From the human T2T-CHM13v2.0 reference genome, Homo sapiens, in NCBI RefSeq assembly GCF_009914755.1, contig NC_060947.1: a DNA stretch of 64,000 nt. One strand, written 5' to 3'. The notes under the pieces were generated by a model, which saw only the letters and a program-made list of their open reading frames with translations, made no database searches and was not told the origin of the DNA. A program made the translations under genes and the position numbers. Below, piece after piece: positions 40,486 through 53,499 of this stretch. Positions within the stretch are counted from its first letter, which is position 1, and each line of letters begins with the position of its first letter.

Positions 40486-43470
40486 TCTTGTTGAATTAAC
40501 CCCTTTACAATTATATAATGACCTTCTTTGTCTTTTCTGATCTTCATTGGTTTAAAGTCTGTTATGCCTGAAAGTAGGTTTGCAATCCTTGCTTTTATAT
40601 GTTTTCCATTTTCTTAGTAGATTTTTCTTCATCTCTTTATTTTGAGCCTATGTGTGTCATTGCATATGAGATAGGTCTCTTAAAGACAGCATACAAATGG
40701 GTATCTTGGTTCTTTATGCAGCTTGTTACTCTGTGCCTTTTAATTGGGGCATCTAGCCCATTTACATTCAAGGTTAATATTCGTATGTGTGGATATAATC
40801 CTGTCATCACAATTTTATCTGGTTATTTTGCAGAATAGTTTACGTGGTTGCCTTATAGTGTCACTGGTCTGTGTACTTTAATGTGTTTTTGTAGTGGCTT
40901 GTAACAATCTTTCCTTTCCTTTCTATATATAGTGCTTCCTTTAGGAGCTTTTGTAAGGCAGTTCTGGTGATAATGAATTTCCTCAGCATTTGCTTGTGTG
41001 AGGTGGATCTTATTTATCTTTTGTTTATGAAGCTTAGTTTGCCTTGTTATGAAATTCTGAGTTGGAATTTCTTTTTTTTAAAGAATGTTAAATATTGCCT
41101 CCAAATTTCTTCTGACTTGTAGAGTTTCTGCTAAGAGGTCCACTGTGATTGGCTTCTCTTTGTAGGTGACATGAGCTTTCTCTCTTGTTGCCTTTAACAT
41201 TTTTTCTTTTCATTTTGACCTTGGAGAACCTGATGATTATGTGTCTTGGTGATAATCTTTTTAGAAAGTATTTTACTGGGGTTCTCTGCATTCCCCGAAT
41301 TTAAATGTTGCCCTCTCTATCTAGGTTGAGAAAGTTCTTATGAATGATATACTGAAATATGTTTTCCAAGTAGGTTCTCTTCTCCCCATCATTTTCAGGA
41401 ACACCAAAGAGTTGTAGATTTGGTCTCTTTACCTAATCTTATATTTCTCAGAGGTTTTTTTCCCCTTCATTGTTTTTGTTTTATTCTTATCTGACTGTCT
41501 TATTTCAGAGATAAGTTTTCTGAAAACTTATTTGAAACTTATTTGAAAATTTGGTTTTCAAGCTCTAAGATTCTTTCCTCCACTTGGTCTATTCTGCTAT
41601 TACTACTTGTGATTGCATTATGAAATTCTTGTAGTGTGTTTTTCAGCTCTATGATGTTGGTTATGTTTTTTTCTATACTGTTCATTTTGTCTGTCATCTC
41701 TGCATTGTTTTATCATAATTTTTCTCTTTCTTGGATTGTGTTTCATTGTACTTCTATAGCTGAATGATCTTTATTTTTATCCATATTCTGAATTCCTTTT
41801 CTGTAATTTCAGCCATCTCAGCTCATTTCAGAAGATCATTTGGAGAAAAGAATGCACTATGGTTTTTTAGTTGTCAGGATTCTTGCACTGATTTTTTTTT
41901 TATTCATTTTTGTGGGCTTACCTTTCTTCAATCTTTGAAGTTGGTGATGTTTGGATTTTTTTGTTTTATCTTATTTGATAAACTTGAGGGTTTGATTATG
42001 GTATTAGGTGGATTAAGCTGAATGGTTTTATTTCTGGAAGATTTTTGGGGTCCAAAACTTAGCTCCCAACTCCAGACTGCATGCTCTAACTCTGGGGGAC
42101 TTGTATTGGGCCCTGACTTTGTTCTGTGGCTCTTTGAGGTTAGAAATTCACTGTGCTGGTGGGACAAAGTGCTCCCGGACAGCTAGTCCCTGCACTTCGA
42201 TGGGTGGTGCCAGCCAAAGCATTTCATTGTGCGGTGACAGTGAAATCCATTCTCATTTGCACATGGCAGCATCAGCAGCAGTATCGGCAGATGCAGCACA
42301 GTGCTAGGAGATGCTGGTGTGCCTAGCTACCTGTGGCCTTTCACAACAGTGATGGAGACAGCACAGCTAGGATGAGGGGGTACACTGCTAGCTAGTGTGT
42401 GTGGTCGTGCTGGAGGTGGTGGTGGCTTGGGGGGTGGGCACTGATGGGTGCAGGTATGGGTGCCTTCCCTATGGCCTACAAGCAGGAATAGTTAGTTGTT
42501 CAGGGCAGGAGATCATCTTTTGTTCTCTGTGCATTGTTAGTGTAAGGATGGAATGATGGAAGTGATGGGGCTGGCTGGATTTTTCCCACCAATGGTTTGT
42601 CTGCAATGCCAGTTGGGGTGAGGTGGTTCAGGCTGTACCTCTGCATGCTGGCAGGGAAAGGAAAGCAAAAACCACCTGCACAGACATGTGCCAGCAAAGC
42701 AATGTGGGAATTTTCCATCCCAGGGGAAGGTACAGTATGGGGAGGGAGCATGTGGGCTTGCATGGCCCTAGGGTCTTTCCTGCTGAAGTTCTCTGCCAGT
42801 CAGCCATGGTCCACAAGTGCAGAATGTATAGTCTGTGCCCCTAGGGAACCGAAGGTTGCCCTGCAAGCAGGTGTGGCCAGATGAGACCCCAGGACAGGCC
42901 AGCAGACCAAAGGGTGCTGAGGTCTGACCTGCTCCTTCTGATTGGCAAGACCACTCTGCAGAGTTCAGAACTGATAGTTCCCCTAAGGCTAACATCTCCT
43001 ACAGGAGCAAGTTGAGCCTAGGACGATGGCTGTCTCTGGCCATTCTCTGTACAGATGCTCCTTCATCAAACCCTCTGGGTTCCACATTAGCTGGTTTGCT
43101 GCTCCTATCACTTATCTAAGAAGCTCTTCCTGCCAACTGGAGTGTCTGTGTTGGTCAAGGGGTCTCCTGCTGCTGGGGTCCCAGGGAGTATGTTGAAAGT
43201 GGGTTGCTCTTTGCTGTTCAACTCACCTATTCCCATGGAGCCATTGTTGACCACGAATAAGTCTGGGTGTACTGCAGCCCTGCCTAGTGTTTCCAGCTTT
43301 CTTCCAATTCAGCCGAGCTTCTGTGTCTTCCTTACATCGACTCCTGTTGCCTTCTCTCTGGAGATCTATTAGGAGCACCTCCAGTCATCTCAGTTCCTTG
43401 GTAGGAGCTGTTACACCTGGCTGTGTCTAGTAGGCCATCTTGCCCTTTCCGTGGTTTCTGCAACATACTT

Positions 43471-44460
43471 CTAAACAACCATTCAGTCAAGGAAGAAATC
43501 ACAAAAGAAATTAGGACATATCTTGAAACACATGAAAATGAAAACACAACATACCAAAACTTAGGTATAATGTGAAGACAGTCCTAGGTTAGAAATGTAT
43601 AGCTATAAATGCTTACATTTAAAAGAATAAAGACCTCAAATCAACAACTTAACATTACACTTTGATAAAATAAAAAAGAACAAACAATTCAAAACTGGTA
43701 GAAGGAATAAAATAATAAAGAGTGGAGCAGAGATAAGTAAAATAGAAAATAGGAAAATAGGAAAAATGAAGTGTTGGTTCCTTGCAACTATCAACAACAT
43801 TGATCAAATTTTATCTAGATTGACTATGAAAAAAAGAGAAGACTCAATAAGCAAAGTAAGAAATGAATTAGGGGAAATCACTACCATTTATAAATTAAAG
43901 CAATCTACTCCTAGGTGTATACCCAAAGAAATTGAAAGCAGAGATGTGAACAGATACTTATATGTCAATGTTTATTGAACTATTATTTGTATTATTTAAA
44001 AGGTTAAAACAACACAAATGTCTGTCAACAAATGAATGAATAAACAAAATGTGATATATACATACAATGGAATATTATTCAACCATTAAATGAGTAATGT
44101 TCTGATATTTTCTAAAGCATGACTAAAACTTGAAGACACTGTTCTAAGTGAAATAAGCTAGACAAAAAAGGACAAATATTATATAATTCCACTTGTATGA
44201 ACCACATAAAATAAGCAAATGTATAGAGGCAGAAAGTAGATTAGAGGTTAGCAAAATTATAGAGAATGGGGAATGGGGACTTAGTGCTTAATTAGTACAG
44301 AAGTCCTGTTTGTAGTAAAAGAGTCTTGGAAATTGATAGTGGTGACTGTGGCAAAATCTTATAAATGTAATTAATGCCACTGAATTGTACACTTATAATT
44401 GGTTAAAATGTCTAATTTTGTATCCAATGTATAAGCACATTTACTACAATTTTTAAAAAT
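43471..44460 (+). mobile_element. Continuation of the old L1M (ORF2 piece joined to an L1MB-type 3' end)
   Basis: Resumes CTAAACAACCATTCAGTCAAGGAAGAAATC after the TSD; jumps near 43885 to the ORF2 end and 3' UTR (GCCACTGAATTGTACACTTA). Confidence 0.85.
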
Positions 44461-44472
44461 TAACAATGTAGG

Positions 44473-44712
44473 TGATACCCAATGTAGGTGTTGTCCCTTC
44501 TAAATCTCATGTTGAATTGTAACCCCCAACGTTGGAGATGGGGCTGGTTGGGAGATGTTTGGATCATGGTAGTAGATTTCTCCTGGCATGGTGCTATCCT
44601 TATTATAGTGAATGAGTTTCCATGAGATGTGGTTGTGTAAAAGAGTGTGACACCTCCCCCTATTCTCTCTCTTTTTGCTCTTGCTTTTCTCATGTGATGT
44701 GCCTGCTCACCT
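44473..44712 (+). mobile_element. MST (MaLR) LTR 5' part
   Basis: AAATCTCATGTTGAATTGTAACCCCCAACGTTGGAGATGGGGC...GTTTGGATCATGG. Confidence 0.85.
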
Positions 44713-45594
44713 TTTAAATATAAATTTCAACTTTAAGTCACTGATTGGCCCTCACATCTGAGCATAGTTTGTTAGAAGCAGACAGGCCACATCTTGAACA
44801 CTTTGCTGGTTAAAAACTTTTATTCAACAGATGCTTGAAGTCATCACTCTTAAGTTCAAAGTTTCACAGATACTTAGGACATGAACACAATACAGCCAAG
44901 TTCTTTGCTAAGGCATAAAAGAGTGACGTTTGATCTAGTTCACCAAATGTTCTTCATTTCTTTCTGACTGATATCTCATAAGCTTGGACTTTACCATTCA
45001 CATCACATAAGCATTTTTGTCTCCATGATTTAATTAGTTTTTAAGGCGCTCAAGATTTTCCCTTATTTTCCTATCTTCTTCTGAGCTCTCCAAACTTTCC
45101 AACCTCTACCTGTTACCCAGTTTCAAAGTTGCTTCCACATTTTCAGGTATCTTTTCAGCAATACCCCACTCTTGGTACCAACTTTTTATGTTAGGCCATT
45201 CTTGTATTGCTGTAAAGAAATACCTGAGGCTGGGTAATTCATAAAGAAAACAAGCTTAATTGGCTCACAGTTCAGAAGACTGCACAAGCATGGCACTGGC
45301 AACTGCTTGGCTACCAGGGACACCTCAGAGGGCTTTTACTCATAGCAGAAGGTGAAGGAAGAGCAGGCATGTATCATGATGAGAGCAGAAGCAAGGGAGA
45401 GAGTTGGGGAGTGAGGTTCCACACACTTTTAAACAACCAGAGCTCGTGAGATCTTACTCACTATCATAAGGACAGCACCAAACCATGAGGAATCAATCTC
45501 CATGACCCAAACACCTCCCACCAGGCTCTAACTCCAACACTGAGGATTACAATTCAACATGAGATTTTGAGGGAATAACATCTAAACTATATCA
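44713..45594 (-). mobile_element. MST LTR (45187-45594) plus ~470 bp of internal sequence
   Basis: GCTTCCACATTTTCAGGTATCT...CTTGGTACCAA (internal start) next to TATGTTAGGCCATTCTTGTATTGCTGTAAAGAAATACCTGAGG...AAACTATATCA. Confidence 0.9.
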
Positions 45595-47281
45595 GTGATA
45601 TACCAAAATCATTTAGTTTGTACACTTTAGATTGGTGAATTGCACCTCAAAATAAAGCCGTTAAAACAAACAAGCAAAAACAAGAAAGATATGAGCCTGT
45701 GTCAGTGTAGACAAATAGACCCCAATGACTGTAAGTGTTCTCTGCCAGGTAGAAAAATTTCACATAATTTATATGGGTTCTTACAGAACATCATCCCTCT
45801 TTCCAGGCCTCAGTTTCTCCACTTCTTGAAAATGGAAAGGTTAGAGTAGATTATCTTAAAGATCCCCCTGAAGCTCTGACATTCTAGGATTTCGTAACTC
45901 AAAGGTGATAATGCTTAAGAGAGAATCTTGTTTGGTTTCATGAGGGAGGGGGTTAGGATATGTGGATCAAATATTGAGAGTCCCGGATGAAAGGCCACCC
46001 TTTGTGGAGATTCATAGTTTTGGAGTATGGCGGAGGGGAATCCAAAACCATTGTTTTCAGAAAACCAGGTAGACTGATGTAAATGGTGAATAGGTACTAC
46101 TGTAAAACAGAAAAAATAAAAATAAAAAAGGAAGAAAATTAAAGCAGGACGGCTTGAAGAAATTTGGTATATGAGAGCCACATATCAAGATGAGTAGAAA
46201 TAGAGGAGATTATTGTTCCCAAGAGTGTGAGATTGAGGTGGAGCATCCATATATTAGGAGGCAAAATTTTGAAGACTAAAGATTTTCACCAATGTTTTAA
46301 TGTGTGCTAAGTTATTCAGTAGGAGGCATAACGTTTGTTACTAGTAAGAGTTTAAAATATTAATTATTTGGTATGACAATAGCACCAACTAGTGACAGGA
46401 AATATGATCGTTCAGAATTGTCACAAACCCTAGATAACAGGTAAGCTTGTACTGGCATGTACTGGCTGAACTTCTGATGTGTTTGTGCTACGGGTAGGAA
46501 GTCTCCAATTGAATGGACTGTGTATACAATGAGCTCCAGTAGGCAGAGTAAGGGAACATCTTTAAAGGCATAGTTCAGAAGAATCTCTAAGGACCCAGGG
46601 TAGTATCAGGGTCAGAAAGAATTACTCAAAGTGGAAGAGGAAATGTTACCCCAAAGAGTTTCTTGTATGGGCTGTTCTAGGGTTACATTTCAGGACTTCA
46701 CATTTTTGCCCTGCTAGGGAACTTGATAGAGTGCAACTGTGATCCATGGGCCTTCAGAAATTTGAAGTCAAGTCAAGACTACAAGAAAGAGCAGACAAAC
46801 GGAGCCAGTTCCGGGTCACACTGGGTAAACTTAAAAACATGAGAAATGTCTGGGAGACATAAGTGCAGTGAAACAGAAGGCTTGAAGCCAGAGTTTCTGC
46901 CAGCTAAACATTGTGATAAGTAAGCATCCAATGGGAAATGGTCAAAAAACAATGAGAGACCTTTGAAGTTCTGGGTAGGTCAGACTTCTTTAGACCTAGC
47001 CTTTCTGCTTCTTAAATTGACCAAAGTCCAATTCTAGGCTGAGGTTGGTGTTTTAGACAGTCTATTTGACACGTGCCTGCCCCCAAATGTAGATACAACT
47101 TCATGGGAAGAAGATTAGAATATACGGATGAAAAATTTGGAGTCCTGGATGACAGTGAACCCTTTCCCAGGCGGTTTTGTTTTCCAGAATTCTGAAGAAA
47201 TTTTTTCAGCCTTCTGAGATCCCACATGTGTTGCTTGGGGATTCCCATGTGGAGTTTGGATTTAACCAAAGCCACATATAG

Positions 47282-47528
<247 letters not shown>

Positions 47529-48435
47529 ATAGTTTGTATTTTCAACAGATCTGCCCTCTAAAGCACTGATTCAAATGGATACACTGGAAGTGCTGGAAGC
47601 ACTGGATCTTTAGGAGCATGATGGATTTTCTGGCTGGAAATATATGATGAATGTTATATTTCCTAGAATGTTGTCTGACATTCGTTAGGCTCTGAAGAAG
47701 AAAAGAGAATTTCTGTAGAAAAATCTAGATGCCAAATGGAATGGGGACTACTGATCACATGTTCTTGCTTATTTCTCCCTTGTGTGTGTGTTCTATTGCT
47801 GCTTCTCTATCTCTGTCCATCTCTTTTTGTTTTCTCCATCTGTTTCTCTGTCTCTCCATTTCTGTCTCTTTTGTCTTTTACTTTAGCCACATTTAGCTCT
47901 GACTTTTGTTCGCCTACCCACCTCCTCTCTAAATACATACTACATATTGCTATCCACATCCACTGGACAGTCATCTCTATAATTCTTGAGAAAGCTCCTG
48001 GGACTTTGAATCAAACCCAAACACAGCTCATTGCCAATAAGTTGGGAGTCAGAGGCCTCCATATGAGTTTCAGGTGTAATTCAAGGAACTCTCATCCCCT
48101 GGGCCTATGTTGAGGAAGAACAATATAGACTGCTAGCTACACGCTATGATTTAAAAACTGCTCCAAACTATGTCACTCACTAGGCACTGTGGGATATGAA
48201 ATTATACTAATCAGAACTCATTTGTTTAGGGTTAACACTGTTGGAGTACTATGGACCTCTTTAAATGCAAATTTCCTTGAAAAAGGGTAACATATTTTGG
48301 CTCATTCAATGTTACAGTATCAGGCTGGATGTGATCTTAGAAATTACTTTATTCAATCCCATCAGGTCCTAACTTCATTTCTCATTTCATAAGCTCTCCG
48401 CCTACTATACACTACCATTGTAGGCATTTCTCTGT

Positions 48436-48595
48436 AGTGGTTCTCAGCTTTGGTTGCACATTAGAATTACCTAGGGAACTTAAAAGAATCTCTATGCACA
48501 TGCTACACTCAAAGCTAATTAATCAGAATCTCTGGGGATGGCAGCTAAACACTGGCTCCTAGATAATTAAAATGAGCAGCCAGGATTGAGTAAAA
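48436..48595. mobile_element. MER5-type hAT DNA transposon relic
   Basis: TAGTGGTTCTCAGCTTTGGTTGCACATTAGAATTACCTAGGGAACTT...AATCAGAATCTCTGGGGATGG...CAGCCAGGATTGAG. Confidence 0.75.
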
Positions 48596-48599
48596 GGTA

Positions 48600-49600
48600 A
48601 GTTGATAGCTCCTCATTGCTCATCTTCTGAGACAAGCTTTCCAAAGCAGCCTATTCCAACTGTGGACAGCATTGCCTCTTCTAAAATTTCTCTTCCACTT
48701 GAGTCAAAATTTGTCTCAACTGTAATTTCTACTCATGAGTCCCAGCTCTGCCTCCTGGGCCCACACCGATTGTTTTCTCCCCTGTGACAGCCTTTGAGAG
48801 GTCTGAGGGCTGAGACTGTGACCCCTGAGTCATCTTCTTCAGGATAATCAGTCATGCATTCATACAACTGTTTTCCATCCTCAGAGCATTCAAAAACTCA
48901 CCCTTTCACCACTGACTCTTGTATCTCCAACAACTAATTATGGATTTTGAACTTGGAAATATCCAGTGAGGTAGAGCTCACTATTTTCTAAGGCAACTCA
49001 TTTTATCTTTGAATAACTTTAGCTATTTAATTCTTCCCCTACAGCCACACAGGTCCTGTATATTATTTCTTTCCCATGATGACCCTTTGGAGGTCTGAAT
49101 ACAGAGACCACATCCAATCTCTACCCTCCTCCATCTTTTTCACAGGCTAAATATCCCCAACTCCTTTTACTGGTCCTGGCAAAATCTTGGATCCATCCTA
49201 ATTGTTCTCTTATAGATAAGATCAGCTTTTTGCAGGTCCTCATCTAAGCATGGGGCTAGGGCTGACAAAAGTGCTCCGGGTAAAGCCTGAGCTGCTTGGG
49301 GTAAAGTGGGGCCATCACTACATTTGTTCTGGGACCCAATATTCCATGAATGCAGTTTTTTTCCATTTGCTTTGTTGGCAGCACCAGCCATAGCTGACTC
49401 CAATTAAAATGACTATCACCTGAAATCATAAGTCATTTTTTCTGTGCTGCTCCTAAGCCCCATATTCCTTTAATCTGGGCTGCTGTACCAGATAAATCCA
49501 AATTCATCAAGCATATGATTATTTTGAATCCCACACCTCTGACTGTAGAAATCTGGAGTGTGTGGGAGAGTATGTATAAAAACATAAATGTGAAGTCTGT
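48600..49600 (-). mobile_element. CR1/L3 relics (two overlapping-homology pieces)
   Basis: GTGACAGCCTTTGAGAGGTCTGAG and ATGACCCTTTGGAGGTCTGAATACAG...CAGGCTAAATATCCCCAACTCC resemble L3. Confidence 0.55.
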
Positions 49601-49849
49601 ACTTTGTGCCTTCATGTTCCTATCTCTTCCTTAACAGTCTGTATTCATCTCTTCCTACCATTCTTTATCTCCAGATGTCTCTGACTTCAACCTGCTCCTC
49701 TTCAATAGCATGCTTAGTACCAAGACCAATGACTTTTATTTTTCACAGTGTCTGGTTTTATTCTCCCTCACCTATAGTCTTGTCTGGCCCAAAACTTTCA
49801 AATTTAAACCAAAACAGTCCCCAGATCTCCTTCCTTTGTTTTTAGTAAC

Positions 49850-49897
49850 ATTGTGTTTTCCCAAACTCCTTATATTGTGTTTTCCCAAACTCCTTAT
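49850..49897. repeat. Perfect 24-bp tandem duplication
   Basis: ATTGTGTTTTCCCAAACTCCTTAT twice. Confidence 0.95.
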
Positions 49898-51149
49898 TCT
49901 GGTTGCTACTTTTCCATCACCTTCATTACTTTCCTGTCCTAAAGGTGACACCCACCTAAACTGTGGACATTCTGCCATCTTAGGAAATAATTCTCAGCTT
50001 TTGGCTTAAATTTAGAGAAAGTATGTAAGTTGCTATCCTAGTATTGACTCTCCATTAACCTCCTGTAGGAAAATTGCATAACCACTTTTATTGATTCCTG
50101 GTAGCTTTTAAATCTGGTGCAGATGCTTTACCTGGCAGGTGACTGATTACTTGTTTCTACTACTCTCAGGAAGACTGTGAATGAATGCCAGACCAATCAG
50201 TAGTAGGAAGCTAGATGTCCCCTTTTTCTACCCATTAACTCCTGGTTTCCTGCGTCAATGATGGGAGATGTGGCATGGATTTCCTGGTTTCTAGTTACCT
50301 GTCCATAAACTTATCTTTTATATTGTATATAATCAAGCTAATTAATACATCATCACTTCACATAAGATAGCTTTCAGCACATAGGACTCAAGAAAATACT
50401 TGTTTAATGGTAACTGTTGCAAAGTATTCATCTCATTCCATTTCCTGATGACCTAAGAATGAAACATCAACTTTTAAGGAGCCTGGGTCAGAAAGTAAAT
50501 CAAAGGAGGGTAGGGAAAAACACACTCCTGTAGCTTCCTGAGTGAGATTGCACAGGTAGAGATCATGGTTTGAGCTAATAGAATCAAAAGTCAGAACCAA
50601 ATGCTTGAAACACAACACAACTAGAATGGTTAGTTAAGTAGAATCCATTGAATTATGAGGATTTGTAGACTATCTGTGTCCAATATTGCCCTTTCCTAAT
50701 AGTACAACATGTACATTATCTAAGGAAGCTTGGGCAATGGAGTACCACTTTTCTGCAAGTTGGCCTTTATATTTCCCCACCTCACATAAATGAGTTCATG
50801 ATTCCTATGGGGCAGAAAGTTATTGTTGATATGCCCCCCCAACATACTTCTTTTTACAGAGCCTGGCATGCCCAAGGAGGTGATTCATTGTCTAGGATAA
50901 TCCTTAGAACATCAAGTTACTAAAGAACTTCACAAGGTAGTTGTAAGAAAAGGACACCAATTTGCAGCTATTAGAAGATAGAAAAATTTATAATAACTTG
51001 CTATATGATCTTTGGCAAGTCATTAACCTATTAGAATGTCAATTACAAAAATGTACAATAATAACTGTTCTACTTTGCTTGTGCCATATGATAATTTGAA
51101 AGATCAAGTGGAATTATGTGACTGTGGTTTGTGAAATATGAAGCCCTAT

Positions 51150-51540
51150 TCATTGAACATACCAAATATTGTCCTGCCTCAGGGTCTTTGTACTTTCTGT
51201 TAGCTCTGCCTGGAATGATCTTCTCCCAGATATCCTCATGGCTTACTCACTTCAGTTCTCTGTTCAAAGGTTACATCCTCAGAGACTTTCCTGACCATCT
51301 AATATAACACAACCCCCAAATCATCATTTTATATTCTTCTTAATCAACTTTTCTTTCCCTTAGCAATGATCATCACCTGATATAGTATACATTTATTATT
51401 ATTGTATCTCTTCTCATTAGTTTATAAGCTCTTAGGGAGCAAAAATTCTCGATATTTTGTTCACTTCTCTACACACAGAATCTCATATAGTACTTTACTC
51501 GTAGTAAACTCCTAGTAAATATCTGTTGAATTAATTACCC
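51150..51540 (+). mobile_element. LINE-2 3' end
   Basis: CCTGCCTCAGGGTCTTTGTACTTTCTG...TCTGCCTGGAATG...TAAATATCTGTTGAAT. Confidence 0.8.
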
Positions 51541-51939
51541 AAATGAAAGGTTTTTAATAAATTAATTTTGGACAAAATCTATCTGCAGTTGCCGCCCCCA
51601 CCCCGCCCATGTGGGCCATGGTTTATCCATTTGGATTATGCGGGGCATGGGCCAAGTAGTATCTAGTAGGGGCATCCAAAATTTGCCATTTCAATACTCT
51701 CTGGTGAATGCAGTCTGGAGTGGTTAAAGACTATTTTCTGTAGAAAGCTAAATTTGAGTTACTTGGGTATAAGTATGAGTGGAGAAGTTAGAGGCATTCA
51801 AGACTAAAGTAGCAGTTAAGCATCTGAAATAACTCAATTTACTGATATAAAGGAAGACCTTTCCTATCTTAGAGTCCATGGAACTGCCTTGATGCATAGG
51901 AATGCATCCTGGCCAAGGAGGTAGAAAACCTTGCCAGGC

Positions 51940-52730
51940 ATTGCAGTGTAGTGTAATGGTTATTCAGGAATCAAACAACCTGAGTTTTAATCCTGATCCT
52001 GAAACTTACTAGCTGTGTGATGCCAGACAAGTGACCTTTTCTTTTGAATTGTCCTTCCCACTAGGAAGAGTGTTTGTATTTGATGGTTTTCTGCCTTTAT
52101 TAAGTATAATTAACAAATACAAATTATATTTATTTACAATATGCAACATGTTTTGATTATTTCTACAATAATAAAAATTATTACCACAATCAAGCTAATT
52201 AATATATCCATCACTTCACATAAGATAAAAAAGTCTTTTTGTTAACTTCACATTTCACATAAGATAGATAGCAAAAAGTTATATTTTTTTGTGGTGAGAA
52301 CATTTAAGATTAGAAATTTTCAAGTATACAAGACGCTATTATGAATTATAGTCACCATTCTGTACAATAGCTACACAGACATTTTTCATCATGTCTACCT
52401 GAAACTTTGTTCCTCTTGACCAATATATCCCCATACTCCAGCCCCTAGCCAAGCCCAGCAACAACCATTTAACTCTGTTTCTGTAAGTTCGACTTTTTTA
52501 GATTCCACATATAAGTGAGATTATGCAGTATTTGTATTATGTGCCTGGCTTATTTCACTTAGCATAATGCCAGACAAGTTACTTAACTTCTATATGCTTC
52601 AGTTTCCTCATCTGTAATATGGAGATAATTGTTTTTATTACCTCCTAGATTGATACATATAAAGTACTTAAAATAGTGGCTGGCAACAGATAGGTACTAT
52701 ATAAGGACTAGCAGTTACTGTTGTTGTCTC
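51940..52730 (+). mobile_element. MIR split by an L1 insertion
   Basis: ACTTACTAGCTGTGTGATGCCAGACAAGT | TACTTAACTTCTATATGCTTCAGTTTCCTCATCTGTAATATGGAG. Confidence 0.85.
52038..52566 (-). mobile_element. L1MA-type 3' end with TSD
   Basis: TTTATTAAGTATAATTAACAAAT...GATTCCACATATAAGTGAGATTATGCAGTATTTG; TSD ATGCCAGACAAGT(G/T)AC at 52020 and 52567. Confidence 0.88.
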
Positions 52731-52859
52731 AGCTCTGCTATAGTTGGCTGAAGCTTAGTAAGTCCTATCACCTCTTCTAGTCCTCCATACACAATTAGAA
52801 GTTTAAAATAGGCAGTATCTCTTCTATCTGTCTCTTCCCCAATCTATTCTCCATAAACA

Positions 52860-53420
52860 GGTGAATGGTTAAACTGTATTATACCAATATTACTCAGCAA
52901 TAAAAAGGAATGAACTATAAATACACACAACTTGAATGGGGCTCAAAGACAATTATACTAAGTGAAAAAGTCAATCTCCAAAAATTGCTTACTGTATGAT
53001 TCCATTTATAAGACATCCTCAGAATAACAAAATTGTAGTTATGAACAAATCAGTAGTTACCATTGGTTAGAGTTCTAAGAGGCTGTGATTATAAAGAAGT
53101 AGCACAGGGAATTTCTTTGTCATAATGAAAGAGTTTGATATTCTGATTGTTGTGGTGGTTACCTAAATCTATAAACATGATAAAAATTTCATAAGACTAC
53201 ACACAAATACACACAGAAATTGCATGTAAAAACTGATGAAATTTCATTAAGATGTGTAGTTTAGTTAATAGTATTAAGCCAATATCAGTTTCCTGGCTTT
53301 GATAATATACTATGACTATGCAAGTTGCTATCATCAGGGAAAATTAAACAAAGGATAAATGGGAACTCTCTGTAACAATTTGTAACTTTTATGAGTCTAA
53401 AATCCTTTCAAAATAAAAAA
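52860..53420 (+). mobile_element. L1MC/MD-type 3' end
   Basis: ACTCAGCAATAAAAAGGAATGAACTA...TACTGTATGATTCCATTTATA...GAGTCTAAAATCCTTTCAAAATAAAAAA. Confidence 0.8.
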
Positions 53421-53499
53421 TAGTGAATAAGAATGTCCTGAGGGTAAATGACACTGGACATTTTGCTTATGAAGCAGGAGTGAATGGCCTGGACCTCAG

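Larger units (their letters stand above)
36533..43460 (-). mobile_element. Full-length older primate L1 (about L1PA13-16), disabled
   Basis: Poly-T tail, ORF2 and ORF1 remnants, long 5' UTR ending GTCTAGTAGGCCATCTTG; TSD CAATGTACTT (36523-36532) / CAACATACTT (43461-43470). Confidence 0.93.

Noticed and set aside
47736-48113. Hydrophobic 125-aa ORF resembling a membrane protein
   Set aside because: Produced by a CT-rich low-complexity tract
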